Positions 1-13,700 of a stretch of 64,000 nt of DNA are shown one piece after another; the first letter of the stretch is position 1; every line of letters starts with the position of its first letter. Source of the DNA: Tubulanus polymorphus. Lineage: Eukaryota; Animalia; Nemertea. The notes under the pieces were generated by a model, which saw only the letters and a program-made list of their open reading frames with translations, did not search any database and had not been told where the DNA came from. The translations under genes were made by a program, and so were the position numbers. The stretch lies in contig NC_134034.1 in the NCBI RefSeq assembly GCF_964204645.1, positions 10,056,962 to 10,120,961 of the forward strand. Direction: 5' to 3'.

Positions 1-36
1 ACAATTTTTCAAATATCAATCTAGAAAGACACTGAC

Positions 37-123
37 CTGAATGGACTGGATAAAGGCAAAGCGACAACCGTCGGTATCGATACGGTTCTTTTGAACATGA
101 ATCTTTCGGCCACACGCACCCAT
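37..123 (-). CDS. Possible first coding exon of a gene running off the left edge (MGACGRKIHVQKNRIDTDGCRFAFIQSIQ)
   Basis: Minus-strand exon ~220-37 is bounded by a pyrimidine-rich acceptor (ctctctccag) and donor CAG|gtcagt. ATG at 123 is open to the donor in phase 0 with an MGxC N-terminus. Another frame (MFKRTV...) is also open, so the reading frame is uncertain. A candidate upstream non-coding exon donor lies at ~1016-1021. Confidence 0.3.
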
Positions 124-2624
124 CGTGCGGCCGGATCCCGACCCGTCCTAACCAACGATTAATTCATCTGTACCCCAGGTTTCAAACGACACTTGAGACA
201 TTTCTTTTCAAAGTATGTTTCTGGAGAGAGAATTATATCATAACAACAGGGCCTATCCTCTAAAGTGGTTCAGCTGAGCCTCGACGATCTCATGGAATTA
301 CGAGCACCCAGGGCGAACTTCGGTTATCAGAGTTACGACTATTGTCGAACTAAACGAAAACGAATGTCCGTTAGTCGGTGGTCCGGAGATGGTCGACCAT
401 GCAATTGACTTAAATGATTATTGCAGTATCTATATACGGGGTACAGCAGTTTAGTAACTAAAACTAACAGATTTGTCATAAAGAGTGAGACTTAAATGAT
501 TATTTCAGTATCTTTATACGGGGTACAGCAGTTTACTAACTAAAACTAACTTTGCGCCTAATTATTCATGAGTTTGATTATTCTTACATAAATTAGCAGC
601 ATTTTTTGGTTACTCTGTCTCTGCCTACGTACGACTCTTACTCTTAGGCCATTTAGACCGAAGAGCATTCGAGATTAATCGTCACGTTTGAGCACGACTG
701 CTCTGTTGAACTGAATCATCATTCATGAACATGTAGACCGGAAATAAATCGGAGTTACGCATGCGCAACGAAGCACCGACCTGGTGTGAAAAAAAATTCG
801 CGGCTTCGCATCCAGGACTCTGAGCACTGTCTCTATTATACTCCTGACTTCTGAATGATTACTGTGGAGAAGATAAAACTACCCCGGCCCCGATTCCCAA
901 TCAAAAAGTGTTCATTCCTTCAAGTGTCGATTCTTTACACGTATTGCATTATAGCATATATCTATATATATATATATCTATATGATGCAATAGTTGGGTC
1001 CAAAAAGTTCGGCTTCCTTACTTGTACCTTCGATTTCTGTTGCAGTCGTCACATTTGCTCCCTCACCGATAATCATCTAATTTTTCTGACTTTATAAACG
1101 TCTTTCCGACCCATAATTCGGGCAGTTCGCTTAGTATTAGACACTATTACCACCAGTGGCCCACGAGAGCAGTTTGTGTGAATTTGGCGGGCATATTTTT
1201 AACCGATCGCCCGCTCCGCTAGCCATGAGGCTTGCGTGAGGGTAAAAATACTATCTATTAATATTCTGACACTCAATACACTTTTTTCCTTACACTTTCT
1301 AAACTTCCTTCCGCGAAGTGACGTCTAAGGCTGGCTTCATGTCGACGCCTAGACCAACGCAACCGGCCGGATAATCGCCGATTAGCGCCACATAACCTCA
1401 GCGTTTTAAAACTTCGATACATTTTCACACTTCAAAAGAAAAGATGCCATTGACCGTAATTCAAGAATGGCCAGTGACCTACCTGCAATACCTTTTGAAA
1501 TCATTCCCCAAAGCTTTTGTTATCGGCGATGCAACCAATCACCGGCTACGAATTTTAAGGGGGTCAGTTAAAAACTGGTGGGCGCTCCTACAAGTTGTCA
1601 TTACACTTGGAAATTCTACACGGCGAAGAAGTCTCTGTCGCTGGATATTGCTGAGATAGGACACGTTTTAGAAAAAGAGAATTTTCGTTAGATTGTAACA
1701 AACGCAGCTGAGCTGATAAACTATTTGTTATTAATACAACTGGATTTTGGCAACAGGACACGGAATTTAAAAATGACTTTAAAATTGACTCTTAAATAAA
1801 AGGATTACATTTTCAAAGTGCTGCTTCATCCGCGTAACAAGGTTGCTGTAAGGTAGGTGGAACATTTATTTAAAATTAGCGGTCGAAATTATGTTTTATA
1901 GGTTTAGATTTAGGAAAAAATAGTTGCACTTTAGGTTAGGGTTAGGTTAGGTTTGATTAACAGGTACCGATACCCAGTATTACAGCTTCATGGAAGATAC
2001 AACAGACTCGCCTTCTGATGAAAAAAAGAGCGGTCCGAATTGAATAAGGTAGGACATATTTCAGCGTGGACTTATCAACTAGAGTTGATACGTCCATGAT
2101 TTCAGTGAGAAGAAAAAGACCCCCCGGGCCACAGAAGATCGAACCCGAAGTTGAATGATGATGACAGAGTGGCTTGAAAAAATTCAGGTGCGACTTGTAT
2201 GACATGTCTAATAGTTCTTGTAGATAAATAGAATTGATAGAATTTATGTTAGTTCTAACTAGTTATTTGACCCCCCAATTAAAACATAATTTCAACTGTT
2301 AATTCTTAGGTATTTTGAATATATATCACAATTATCCAACCCCCACCCCCCCCCCCCCCCACCGTCACCCCTCCCCTTAAAACGAAACTTCCGCGATTTT
2401 GTGGGTTAAGCGTGACTTTGGTAGGATGAGGAATTGACGATTTGGACTTGACAACTTTTTTCTACATAATAGAAACTACATAAACGTTAACACATGTAGA
2501 GCTAGGTGGTTGGACTATTAACCCCCCAAAAATACGCACAGAAACAGTGATACAAATATAAAACAATAGACAAATATACACTTATATAATATTACACATT
2601 AAAATGATAGAATTAAATTTTTAA

Positions 2625-2765
2625 CGCGCCATTTTATTTTGAAGTAATCTCGCACCATTTTTTCGAAGTCTCATCTCGCGCCATTTTATTTTTCATCTAA
2701 CGCCATTTTGTTTGGAGGTAATCTCGCGCCATTTTATTTGGAGGTAATCTCGCGCCATTTTATTT
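2625..2765. repeat. Tandem ~25-27-bp repeat containing CGCCATTTT (YY1-like core)
   Basis: CGCCATTTT at ~2627, 2678, 2701, 2725 and 2752, plus a variant at ~2651. Confidence 0.75.
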
Positions 2766-2834
2766 GTCTTTTTGCGCATCCCAGATACATCACTTATTGT
2801 GTTGTTCTGTAATTTATCATATGTCAACTCACTC

Positions 2835-2980
2835 AGTTATGTATTGTAATATGTATTGTATTGTGTATTGTACCATGTATTATATTATGTATTGTATTAT
2901 GTATTGTACCATATATTGTAATATGTATTGTACCATGTATTGTATTATGTATTGTAATATGTATTGTATTATGTATATGT
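2835..2980. repeat. 12-bp minisatellite (ATGTATTGTAWT-like)
   Basis: Direct tandem atgtattgtaat/atgtattgtatt/atgtattgtacc units. This explains the spurious MYC-repeat ORF 2764..2982. Confidence 0.9.
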
Positions 2981-4783
2981 AATTACTCTTCTCACTTGGT
3001 TCTCTCTAATTAGAGTCAGTCTGCCTATAAATACTGATTAGTAGCGAAAGCTTGTGCGTCAAATAAACCTATATTGTATACTTATACTTGTCTCATTATA
3101 ATTATTCTAAACCCGGTTTATACCCCAGGCTCCTCTACGGAATAAGGGAACATCTTGTTTTAATTCCTGATTCGGACCCACTGTCGTAGCCTTCGTCAGT
3201 GGACACAGGACAACTCGGGCTGGATTCGAACCCTTGAAAGCAGCAGGCCCATTTTTCTTGGACAATGAGAAAATCTTCTAAGACTAAGATTCGATTTTCA
3301 GCCTTCTTTGACGAAGAGAACTTCGAATGTCAGTTAGTCGGAACCATAGTCCGGAAATAGTTCGGAAATAAAGCGCATTCGGTTATTAGTTCCGACCACT
3401 AGTCGACTAGATACGAGAACTGATTTGGCCCTTACTGAGGAACTAGGATTCTGACCCGGCGGACACGAACATCAGCCAGGAACAAGATAGTCCCGACCAG
3501 TCTGACCAGTGTGTGGTCGGCGGGTGAGAGAGGATTTACGTACAAGGCAAGCAACATCTGAGCCTCGCTTGGAAGATCTCAACTGAAGGCGCTGCGATGC
3601 ACTAATCTCGGTAAGTGGACTTTATTAGAATATCATGACACTGAACGCAGACGCGAATTTTCACACAAGGTCCATATTGAATGGGACAGGCAACCAGTCT
3701 AGCGCAGAATTAGACCGGCGACCAGTCTACCATATCAGGCTGATCCTCGCTTGCCACAAGTGAAATCCTCAATAGCCACAGTAGACAGCGCAGTTCTTTT
3801 GGGATTCGAACCCAAGCGAACGGAGCACCGTCTAATCTTTTCAGTTCTCTACTCTGCAGTCAGAAAATGTAAGGAATTCAACACCAGATTTTACAGCTTT
3901 TTGTGCCGTTTTCGCCGAGAAGTCGATCTTAATAGCCAGTAATTGTACGGACGTAAGTTTCGACCGCGAATTGAAATCGATTCACGGCGAACTTCTGCTG
4001 ATTGAGGCATAAATACGCGAAAATAGTCTGGGTTTAATTCGTTCAGTTATAGTAACAGCGACGTCACGTAGGCCTCAAAAAATAAACAAAAGCGGTTTCA
4101 TTTTTGTCGTAGACCGAAATTTGCTCCATTGTTTTTGAGACGGTATTTGAAATTTAGGGGATTGGTTTTGCCTCGTTTAATGAGAAATTTGATAAAGTGA
4201 AAGATATGTAAATACACAATTCTTTTTTGTTCATTGCACAAAACAACATAAACATTGAAGTTAAATTTGAAGTTTCTATTTCAACATAGCTTGATAGGAT
4301 GTCAGGTGACCAAGCTAAAGTCAGTTTTCATAGTAAATACAATGTATATCTTGTTCAGGATCGGCGCAAGTGATCCATTTTTAGGTAGGCCCTATTTGAA
4401 GGATCCATCAAAAATTCTTGGACTGACTAAAGTTTTAGCAAAATCCCTTATTATTATGTATCTTACCTTAGCTGTAATCCCTCAAATGGGGTCGTCTCAG
4501 AGAGTAGAGATATCATTTTCTTAATTAAATCAAGTTTCTTACCTTTCAAGGGTCTTAAAATCATTTTGCTTTCACAAGTCAATTTAAGCCTACAATTGCT
4601 AGGCCGTTCGAATACCCCAACGAAGCCTTCACCAATTCCCCCTGATTGACTGAACAAATTCTAGATTTAGATCTAGGCCTAGTTTTATTAGAACTTCTAA
4701 AATTTCAATTATCTCGCAAAAATTATCCCAGCGCTCAAAATTCACTTTCTGTGGCAGCCGCGACGCTGGAAGAATAAAGAAAG

Positions 4784-7700
4784 ATGGAGGCGTCGAGCGG
4801 AGGGAGCCATATTCCGAAGATCATGGTTTTTCGGCCAACGATGGACGAATTTAAAGACTTCACTAAATACATCGGTTACATCGAGTCGTGCGGTGGACAC
4901 AAAGCAGGTGTCTGTAAAGTAAGTTTTCTTTCAGGCGGGTTAAGATTAAGACCGGTTTTAACTCGAACCCTCGGGCAAAGTCAGGTCTTGGATGTAAGAG
5001 CAGTTGTAAGACCATCTTAATTCTATTGGATAGAAACATCAGGCTAGATGCTGTCTAAGACCATGGCTAATTGATTCGTAGAATAGCAGTGTTAACTGGG
5101 TTTAGAATAAATAACAAGTCGAGTAGTATTTTAAAGATTAACTATTTAGGTAAACTATTCTATAGATAGTTAACTTAGGCCTATATAGGGCTAGTACTAC
5201 TTGTCTCGTTATTCATGGCTTATCGAACAACTTAAGACCAGTTTAGGACCATCTAAAGCCCATCTAACTTAAGACCAGTCTAAACTCATTTTGGTTCTAT
5301 AACCAATCTAATATCTGTAAATCAGTCTTTAAGTTCATTTTGGTTCTTATAACCGATCCAACAACTTAAGACCAGTCTTTAGATTGAAGTCAAGACCACT
5401 TTTAGACTTGTGAACAGTTTTAAATTAACCCCTGGGGTTAAATACATTTCCAAATTGCAATTAATTTCAACCTAAGATATAGAAATTTCAAGTCAGAAGT
5501 AACTTTGATTTTTGCAGGTGATCCCGCCGAAAGAATGGAAGCCTCGACGAGAGAGATACGATAAATTGGACATGATGATCCCGGCGCCGATCTCTCAGAT
5601 GATTTCCGGAACGAAGGGTTTATATCAACAGTTCAATATACAGAAAAAACCGATACACGTTCAAGACTTCGAACAGTTGGCGTATGATATCAAGTAAGTG
5701 AAGCATCCTCTCTCCTTCACATTAACGCCCTCTGGTGTTTAAATCTGATGACATCATGAGACTCTGTTACAGTACACAGTCCTAGTAGACACATCCTCCA
5801 TCACAGGGATTTGAACCTGATGACATCGTGAGACTCTGTACATTACAGTACAAACCCCTGCCTTAGTGGACACATCCTCCCTCACAGGGATTTGAACTTG
5901 ATGACATCATGAGACTGTGTACATCACAGTACAAACCCCTGTCCTAGTAGACACATCCTCCATCGCAGGGATTTGAACTTGATGACATCATGTGACTCTG
6001 TCACAGTACAAACCCCTGTCCTAGTAGACACATCCACCATCGCAGGGATTTGAACCTGATGACGTCATGAGACTCTGACACAATACAAACCCCTGCCTTA
6101 GTAGACACATCCTCCATCACAGGGATTTGAACTTGATGACATCATGAGACTCTGTCACAGTACAAACCTCTGTCCTAGTAGACACATCCTCCCTCACAGG
6201 GATTTGAACCTGATGACATCATGAGACTTGTCACATTCTTCTCAGACAGGGATTTGAACTGAATCGCATCAGTTTAACAATTTTTCTCCTTAACTTAAAT
6301 TTAAATTTAAATTTTTAAATTTAAAAACTGTTTAAACTTAAATTTTCGTATTTGTGAATTGTTAAAGGTATATGACGCCGTATCACGACGATCAGGAGGA
6401 ACTGGAGCGCAATTACTGGAAGAATATCACGTATAACTCACCGATTTACGGTGCCGATTTATCCGGGTCACTTTACGATACCGATCAAAATATATGGAAT
6501 ATTAATAAACTAGGTATGTACTGCGGCAAGTGAGGATCCACCAGGTGTTCCTAGTATGACTGCGAAAGGTGTTAGAAACTCCTTTAATTGAGCAAAATGT
6601 CAGAAACTCCTTTGAAACATCAATTTTTAGATGCTTTGAACATGAATGGCTTCATTAGACTTATTCAGTTTATTTTGAAGCAGGAATTTTTTGTCACCTT
6701 ATTGAGCGGTTATCAAGTTAAGTGTCGTGTCAAGGAAGAATATTTGCTTATTAATCCACAAAATCGAGAGTTTACCGAGATCAGCAGGACTGATTAAGGA
6801 GGAGTCTGCTGTGATCAGGATATAAAAGTGATGCAAACGCTTCCTCGAAAACTGAAATTATCTCCTTTAAAACTCCTTGAAATGAAAACTCTTCATAACC
6901 AGGAATGACTGATCTGTAGGGGACCCTGTAATGATTGATCTGTAGGGACCCTGTATATCCAGGAATGACTGATCTGTTGGGACCCTGTATATCCAGGAAT
7001 GACTGATCTGTTGGGACCCTGTATATCCAGGAATGACTGATCTGTTGGGACCCTGTATATCCAGGAATGACCGATCTGTAGGGACCCTGTATATCCAGGA
7101 ATGGCTGATCTGTTGGGACCCTGTATATCCAGGAATGACTGATCTGTAGGGACCCTGTATATCCAGGAATGACTGATCTGTAGGGACCCTGTATATCCAG
7201 GAATGACTGCTCTGTAGGGACCCTGTATATCCAAGAATGACTGATCTGTATAGACCTTCGCTGGGGGTAACTTGAAATTCGATGATTTTCACAAAAACTA
7301 AAAACAGTAAAACTGGGTCCAGAACTGAGGAAACAGTTCCGAATTCACGAGTTGATGATTGTTATTAATTGTTTTAGGTACGATACTGGATTTGGTTCAG
7401 GATAATTACGGAGTTAAAATCGAAGGTGTCAACACGGCGTATTTATATTTCGGAATGTGGAAGGCGACGTTCCCGTGGCACACCGAGGACATGGACCTAT
7501 ACAGCATCAACTATCTGCATTTCGGCGCGCCGAAATCGTGGTACGCGATCCCGCCTGAACACGGAAAACGCTTTGAACGTTTAGCCGCAGGTAAATGATA
7601 ATGATAATGATGATAATTATAATGATTTACTGCAGTACTGGGTCCAGTTTCACGAATAAGTTTGAGCCTAAAACGGTTAAGTTTGAATTGTTGTCCTCAT

Positions 7701-10700
7701 TGAAAACGTGAAGTAACTAATAGCGATTACACCAAAAATTTGAGTTTAACTTTTTTGTGAAACTGGGCCCTGTTCAAATCAGATATCGTAATGCATCCTC
7801 TAACTCTAAGATATGGCTACTCGCAGTCTACTGTACCATTTACAACTCTGATATCACTTAGAATCTGACGAATGATTTGAAAATATTTGCACTGTGATTT
7901 TATCAATTAGAAAATCTATTCATCGAAACGTTATTACGAATTAATGTAAATTTCAATTTTGTGTGTAGGATTTTTTCCGACGAGCGCGAAGACTTGCAGC
8001 GCTTTTTTGCGGCACAAAATGTCGATCATCTCGCCGAGTATACTGAAACAATACTCGATACCGTTTAACAAGGTTAGTTACGACGTAAGCCACTAGGGGT
8101 AGGTGGAGTGGCGATTTAAAAAAGCGAATTCTTTCATTGTAATACGAGCCTCGAAACACTTGTCCGATCGACCGGGTCAAGTTTATTCTTATAAGGACAA
8201 GTAGGCTATGATTATCACTCGTCCACCGGGTTTGTGTAGCTTTTTCCCAATCGATACTACGAATGATTGTGCCGCCAATCGGACTGCCCTTGTAGGGCTA
8301 GAGAAATTTCAGATATGCTTGACCCCCAGGCAAGACGGTGTCTTTCATTCCTTAGATCGGACCCCGTAATAGAGTATGGATTCAAAATCTTGAGAAAAAA
8401 TGTGGCCCTTGAATTTACGAATCTATATTTTCTTTTGTAGATTACGCAATATGAAAATGAATTCATGATAACATTTCCGTTTGGTTATCATTCCGGTTAC
8501 AATCACGGTTTCAATTGTGCAGAATCGACGAACTTCGCGACGCTTCGCTGGATCGAGTACGGAAAACGATGTACTATGGTACGTATTATGTATAATACTC
8601 TTTAGTCGACTACACCTTCCCAGCAGTCCCAACACGCTACCGAGTTCCCTGATTCTCAACCTGGTGAAATATTTACAGCAGTCCCAACGCTACCGAGTTC
8701 CCTGATTCTCAACTCGGTGAAATATTTACAGCAGTCTCAACACGCTACCGAGTTCCCTGATTCTCAACTCTGAAATATTTACAGCAGTCCCAACACGCTA
8801 CCGAGTTCCCTGATTCTCAACTCGGTAAAATATTTACAGCAGTCCCAACACGCTACCGAGTTCCCTGATTCTCAACTCGGTGATATATTTACAGCAGTCC
8901 CAATGCTACAGAGTTCCCTGATTCTCAACTCGGTGAAATATTTACAGCAGTCCCAACACGCTACCGAGTTCCCTGATTCTCAACCCGGTGAAATATTTAC
9001 AGCAGTCCCAACACGCTACCGAGTTCCCTGATTCTCAACCCGGTGAAATATTTACAGCAGTCCCGACACGCTACCGAGTTCCCTGATTCTCAACTCGGTG
9101 AAATATTTACAGCAGTCCCGACACGCTACCGAGTTCCCTGATTCTCAACTCGGTGAAATATTTACAGCAGTCTCAACACGCTACCGAGTTCCCTGATTCT
9201 CAACTCTGTGAAATATTCACAGTCTAGAATTAGGTGGATTCGTACCAGAATTCTATGTTTTGTTACCTAAATTCAAAAACGTGATTTGATTTCGTCGAAT
9301 TTTCAGTGTAAATGTAAGAAAGACCATGTGAATATCAGTATGGATAGTTTCGTGAAGAAGTTTCAGCCAGATTTGTACGACAGCTGGAAATCCGGCAAAG
9401 ACGTGCGCCCACATCCCGAGGACGACCAATCAAAACTTTACAAGAAGAATCTCGTCGCCGCTGCTGCGGCTGCTGCTGCTGCTGCAGCCATTCCTGAACA
9501 CACAGCTACCACCAGGTATGACAAATAATCGCCTGCCTTAACCCATTCAGTGCTGACTTATTGATACCTTAAAGTGCTGGGGATAATTTGAATATTTTGA
9601 AAAATTCCACCCTAGTGTTTTGAATAAAGGGAATACCACTGTAGTGGGTCTACACCGCAGTGCGGTGTATTGTTAGTTACTAATATTTCACTATGTTTGA
9701 CTGGTGCTGCCATTTTTCAAGAGAGATAATTAGTAATTACCAATTACATCAATACACCGCAGTGCGGTGTACTAATAAAATCCATCACTGATTCATACAC
9801 CGCACTGAAAGGGTTAAATCATTGTGGTGGTCGTTTACCCGGTATGGACCCTATCACAACTCCTTGAAAATATATATACTCCAGGAAACAGTGAAAGCAA
9901 GTCAAATAAAAGTTGTCCACGAACTTTTTTAACCCAACCAAAAACTGAAAACATTTCTGGGAGAAAATAGAAATTTTGTCTATTTCGATGAATTTTATTA
10001 ACTCGTATTTTCTCGTGCAGTTCGACCGCCGAAATAAAATACGAACAAACGTCGTCGTCGTCCGCCGGGAACGACAATAAAACGGGTGGACTGAAGTTGA
10101 AGATTAAAATGGACAGTTTGAAAGCCGAAGTCGTCGAATCAACCGTCGATGAATTCTCGATGACGAACAACGCGAAGAAGAAAAAGAGAAAATCCGAAAT
10201 GAAAAAGCCGAGCGGTAAGTGAGCCCTTATTACAAGTATATTTCACTGAGATCTGTTGTTACTTTGGAAATAGAGGATTCCACTTGCGGCGTGTACCTGC
10301 GCACCCGGTCTAGTGTGGAAGGGGTTCCTACCGTGCTGTGACTGTAGCAATGCCATCAGGTTCGAATCCCCGCCGATGCAGGATGGTCTTTCTTGACGTG
10401 GTGTCCGCAGTTCGGGGAAATAGGGAAAAACTCTAGAATTTTTGAATATTTGGGAATTTCGAGAAAATTTCTTCTAATCGGGGAAATATTTGGGAAATTC
10501 ATTTACATTTCATGTATTGCATTTTGCGGAGGGCAACTTTCTTCGGCAATTTCCCTTGAGAATCATCTTTATCAACCAGTCACCACTAAAATATTGACTG
10601 TAGTTGTATGTCCAATGATGGTATCTGTTTATTTTTACGAAGGCCCCCATTTTCCATTTGGGAAAATTGAAAGATCGCCTATGAAATACTTGGGAAAAAC

Positions 10701-13700
10701 TTGGTAATTGTGGGAACCATGTCTTCGATTGTCAAATCGATTATAACTATGAAAACTATCGAATTCGAATTGTTCTCTTACGTATTAATTTATTTCTAGG
10801 GAGCCTGTCTGCCGAAGAGGAGTCGATAGCGATCGACGTTTTAACGATCTCGCATGAAACCAAAACGGCAAGCAACCAATTAAAACGATTCCCGATTCAC
10901 ATACCTCGCTCGGACGAGGAATCGACGACCGGCTGCACCTGTCCGCGGATACCGGCGGCGAAGAAAAAGAGCAAGGGCAAAGTCATCGCGGCGGCGGCAG
11001 ACGGCGAGGAAACGACGACGTGCGATTATTGTCGAACAGTAAACGTCGGACGGAGCAAATCTACGGCGACGAAACGTAAATCGACCGATTCTATCAGCGC
11101 CGGAGGCGGTAATGATGATTCAAAGGTTTCGTCGAGTCCGAAAAAATCAAAACTCGTGCCGTCAGACGCGGAGAAGAAATTGAAAAAAACGGTTTCGACT
11201 GCTTCCGCGTCGTCGCCGGGAAAAAAGAAGTCGTCGGAAAATTCCGATTCGAGTCGAGACACAAAATCGTCGTCGTTATTGAAACTCGAAACGACGAATA
11301 AAAAAACGCGGAAATTAGACGATGACGTTAAAGTTCAAACGGCAGCCGTACGAACGGACTCGAAATCGGAATCCGATTTTAAGAGCGACGTGGATTTAGC
11401 GGCTCAGTACGCGACGATGTCGGCGTGGAAGAAGAACGCTCACGAGGTTACCGTGCCAACGAACTTCACGTTCGACGCCGCGCGAGTCTACGCCGGTTTA
11501 GATACGCGCGACGACCTCGACGCGATCCGCTGCGGGTACGGCGAAGTCGACGCCGCGCCGCCGACCGGTCGCGCCGTCAAGTACGAATGCTTCTACTGCG
11601 GCATCCACGTGACGCCGATGCGCGCGTTGATCACGCAGCACGTCAAGCGCCACCTATACGGCTGCGCGAGCAAGTGTCGAGTGTGCGGTTTGGCGTTCAA
11701 GAGCGATTACATCCTGGCGATGCATGTCGAGGTGGCGCATCGTATCGGCGCCGCGTCGAAACACTCGTGCGTACGGTGCCACGCCAAGTTCCGAGACGCC
11801 GCTGAACATTACAAACACCTGAAATGGTGCGCGCCGGACATCGTCGACAAATCGATCGCGGCCATCTTGGATACGTTGTACGCGAAGTGTCGTTCTTCTT
11901 CAGCGGCGGAGATCGAACATTTTACTCGAGCGCCAAATGCCAAGTCGACGTTGCGGTGTAAATATTGCGCCGTGACGAAGATGTCGCCGAAAACGATGGC
12001 GGCGCACGTCGACAAGTCTCACCGTGCGGACGGCGCGATCGCGTGTCGGATATGTGGCGTTTATTTCTCGTCGTTCGACGCCGTCGAGCGCCACGTGTTC
12101 GCCGAGCATTACGCGCGGGGCGCCGCGTGCCCGTATTGCGATCGCGACGCCGGCTTGGACTCGGCGGCGGCGTTCGCGCGGCACACGCGCGTCGGCTGCT
12201 GGCGTAAACCGATTCTGGCGCGTTTATCGCAGTGCAACGTCGCGGCCGATTTTGCGGACGGCGTCGGTTTGCGCGAGGTCGCGTTGACCGATTTATACGC
12301 CGAGTTGAAACTGTCGAAGTTGATCGAGCCGAACTCGGGCTCGAGTGGATACCTGCTCAGCGGGCGTCTGTATAAATGCCTTTATTGCGCATATCGCGTC
12401 GTGTGCAAGGAGAACATCAAGCAGCACTTGACGGTGCACACGTCGGGCCGCGCGCACGCTTGCCGCGTCTGCGGCAAACACGCGTGGACGGACGCAGATT
12501 TGAAGAAGCATATTCTCGGCGCGCACTACGGCTTCGACGTCAGCATCAAACGGTGTCGTCTGTGCAACACGGGTTTTCACGACGCGTATTCGCTGCAGCA
12601 GCATCTGAAGGCGAAGACATCGCGCGATCGCGCGTCGGATTCGCGATGCGCATTTTTCACGGCGTTCGGCGGGGAGTTCTATTGCCGCGCGTGCAAAACG
12701 AACGAGGACATACAGACGTATCACGCGCACGAGTGCGACGCGTCGTCGGACGCCGGCGACGAACGCTTCGTCTACCGCTGCCCGAACTGTTACGCCAGCT
12801 ACCGCAACGTGGCGAGCCTCGTCGGGCACTTGCGACGCGAGCGCTGTCGTCGCAAGTCGACAGCGGCGGCGCGCGTGCGTTTAAATGAGGCGTCGGCGCG
12901 ATGGAAACTGAAGTGCATCGCGTGCAAGCAGATATTCGTGCGTCTGGCCGACTTTCTGAAACATGGGCACGCGCGCGCGCTCCGTGACAACGGACTCGAG
13001 GCGTTGGCGTCGACGCCGCCTGACGGCAAGGAATCGCCGGTCGTGTCGATCATGCGCGCTGTGCGCTGCGACGTGTGCGCACGTTCGTTCCAGTCGAAGT
13101 ACCAGCTAGGCGTGCACGTCGCGTATAGGCACAGGGCAACCGCGCACACGGCCGCAGCCGCGTTTAAATGCGATCACTGCGGGAACTTGTTTGCGCGCGA
13201 ACACCTACTGAAAATGCACGCCTCGTTGCGCCATAGCGGTACCGCGACTATACGCCACCGGCGCCATCGATGCCGCGTTTGTTACAAGGATTTCGCGTCG
13301 CGCGGTCAACTCGTCTCGCATGAGAATCTCAACTCGCTCTGTGGGCAGTTCGTCTGCGGCAAGTGCTACAAGGTGTTCGCGGCTAAACGCGCGCTCGAGC
13401 GCCACCTGTTGACCGCACACAAAATGACGGCGCACCGTTGCGCTGCGTGTCGCAAGGCGTTCACGTCGACGAAGATATTCATGCGCCATCAGAGATTGTG
13501 CGACAAGTCGACGAGAACGGCGGCGGGCAAGAAGGTCGCGGCGCCGCCGACGGCCGAAGTCAAGGTCGAATCGGAAATCGGAACGATCATCAAAGTCGAA
13601 CCCGGAAAATCGTCGTCGTCGGACGAATCGGGAAAACCGTTCGTTTGCGACGTCTGTTCGAAGTCGTTCGCGAAAAAGTATTACCTGAAGCGACATCGGA

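Noticed and set aside
1900-1955. TTAGG/TTAGGG-like telomeric repeats
   Set aside because: Only a few degenerate units. Such motifs also occur inside small transposons (cf. ~52130), so this is not a telomere.
3165-3235. Hammerhead at minus-strand CTGACGA next to a B box
   Set aside because: The GAAA half and stem III are missing or degenerate, so it cannot be supported.
6588-6610. miR-87-like sequence ttgagcaaaatgtcag
   Set aside because: No complementary arm to form a precursor hairpin.
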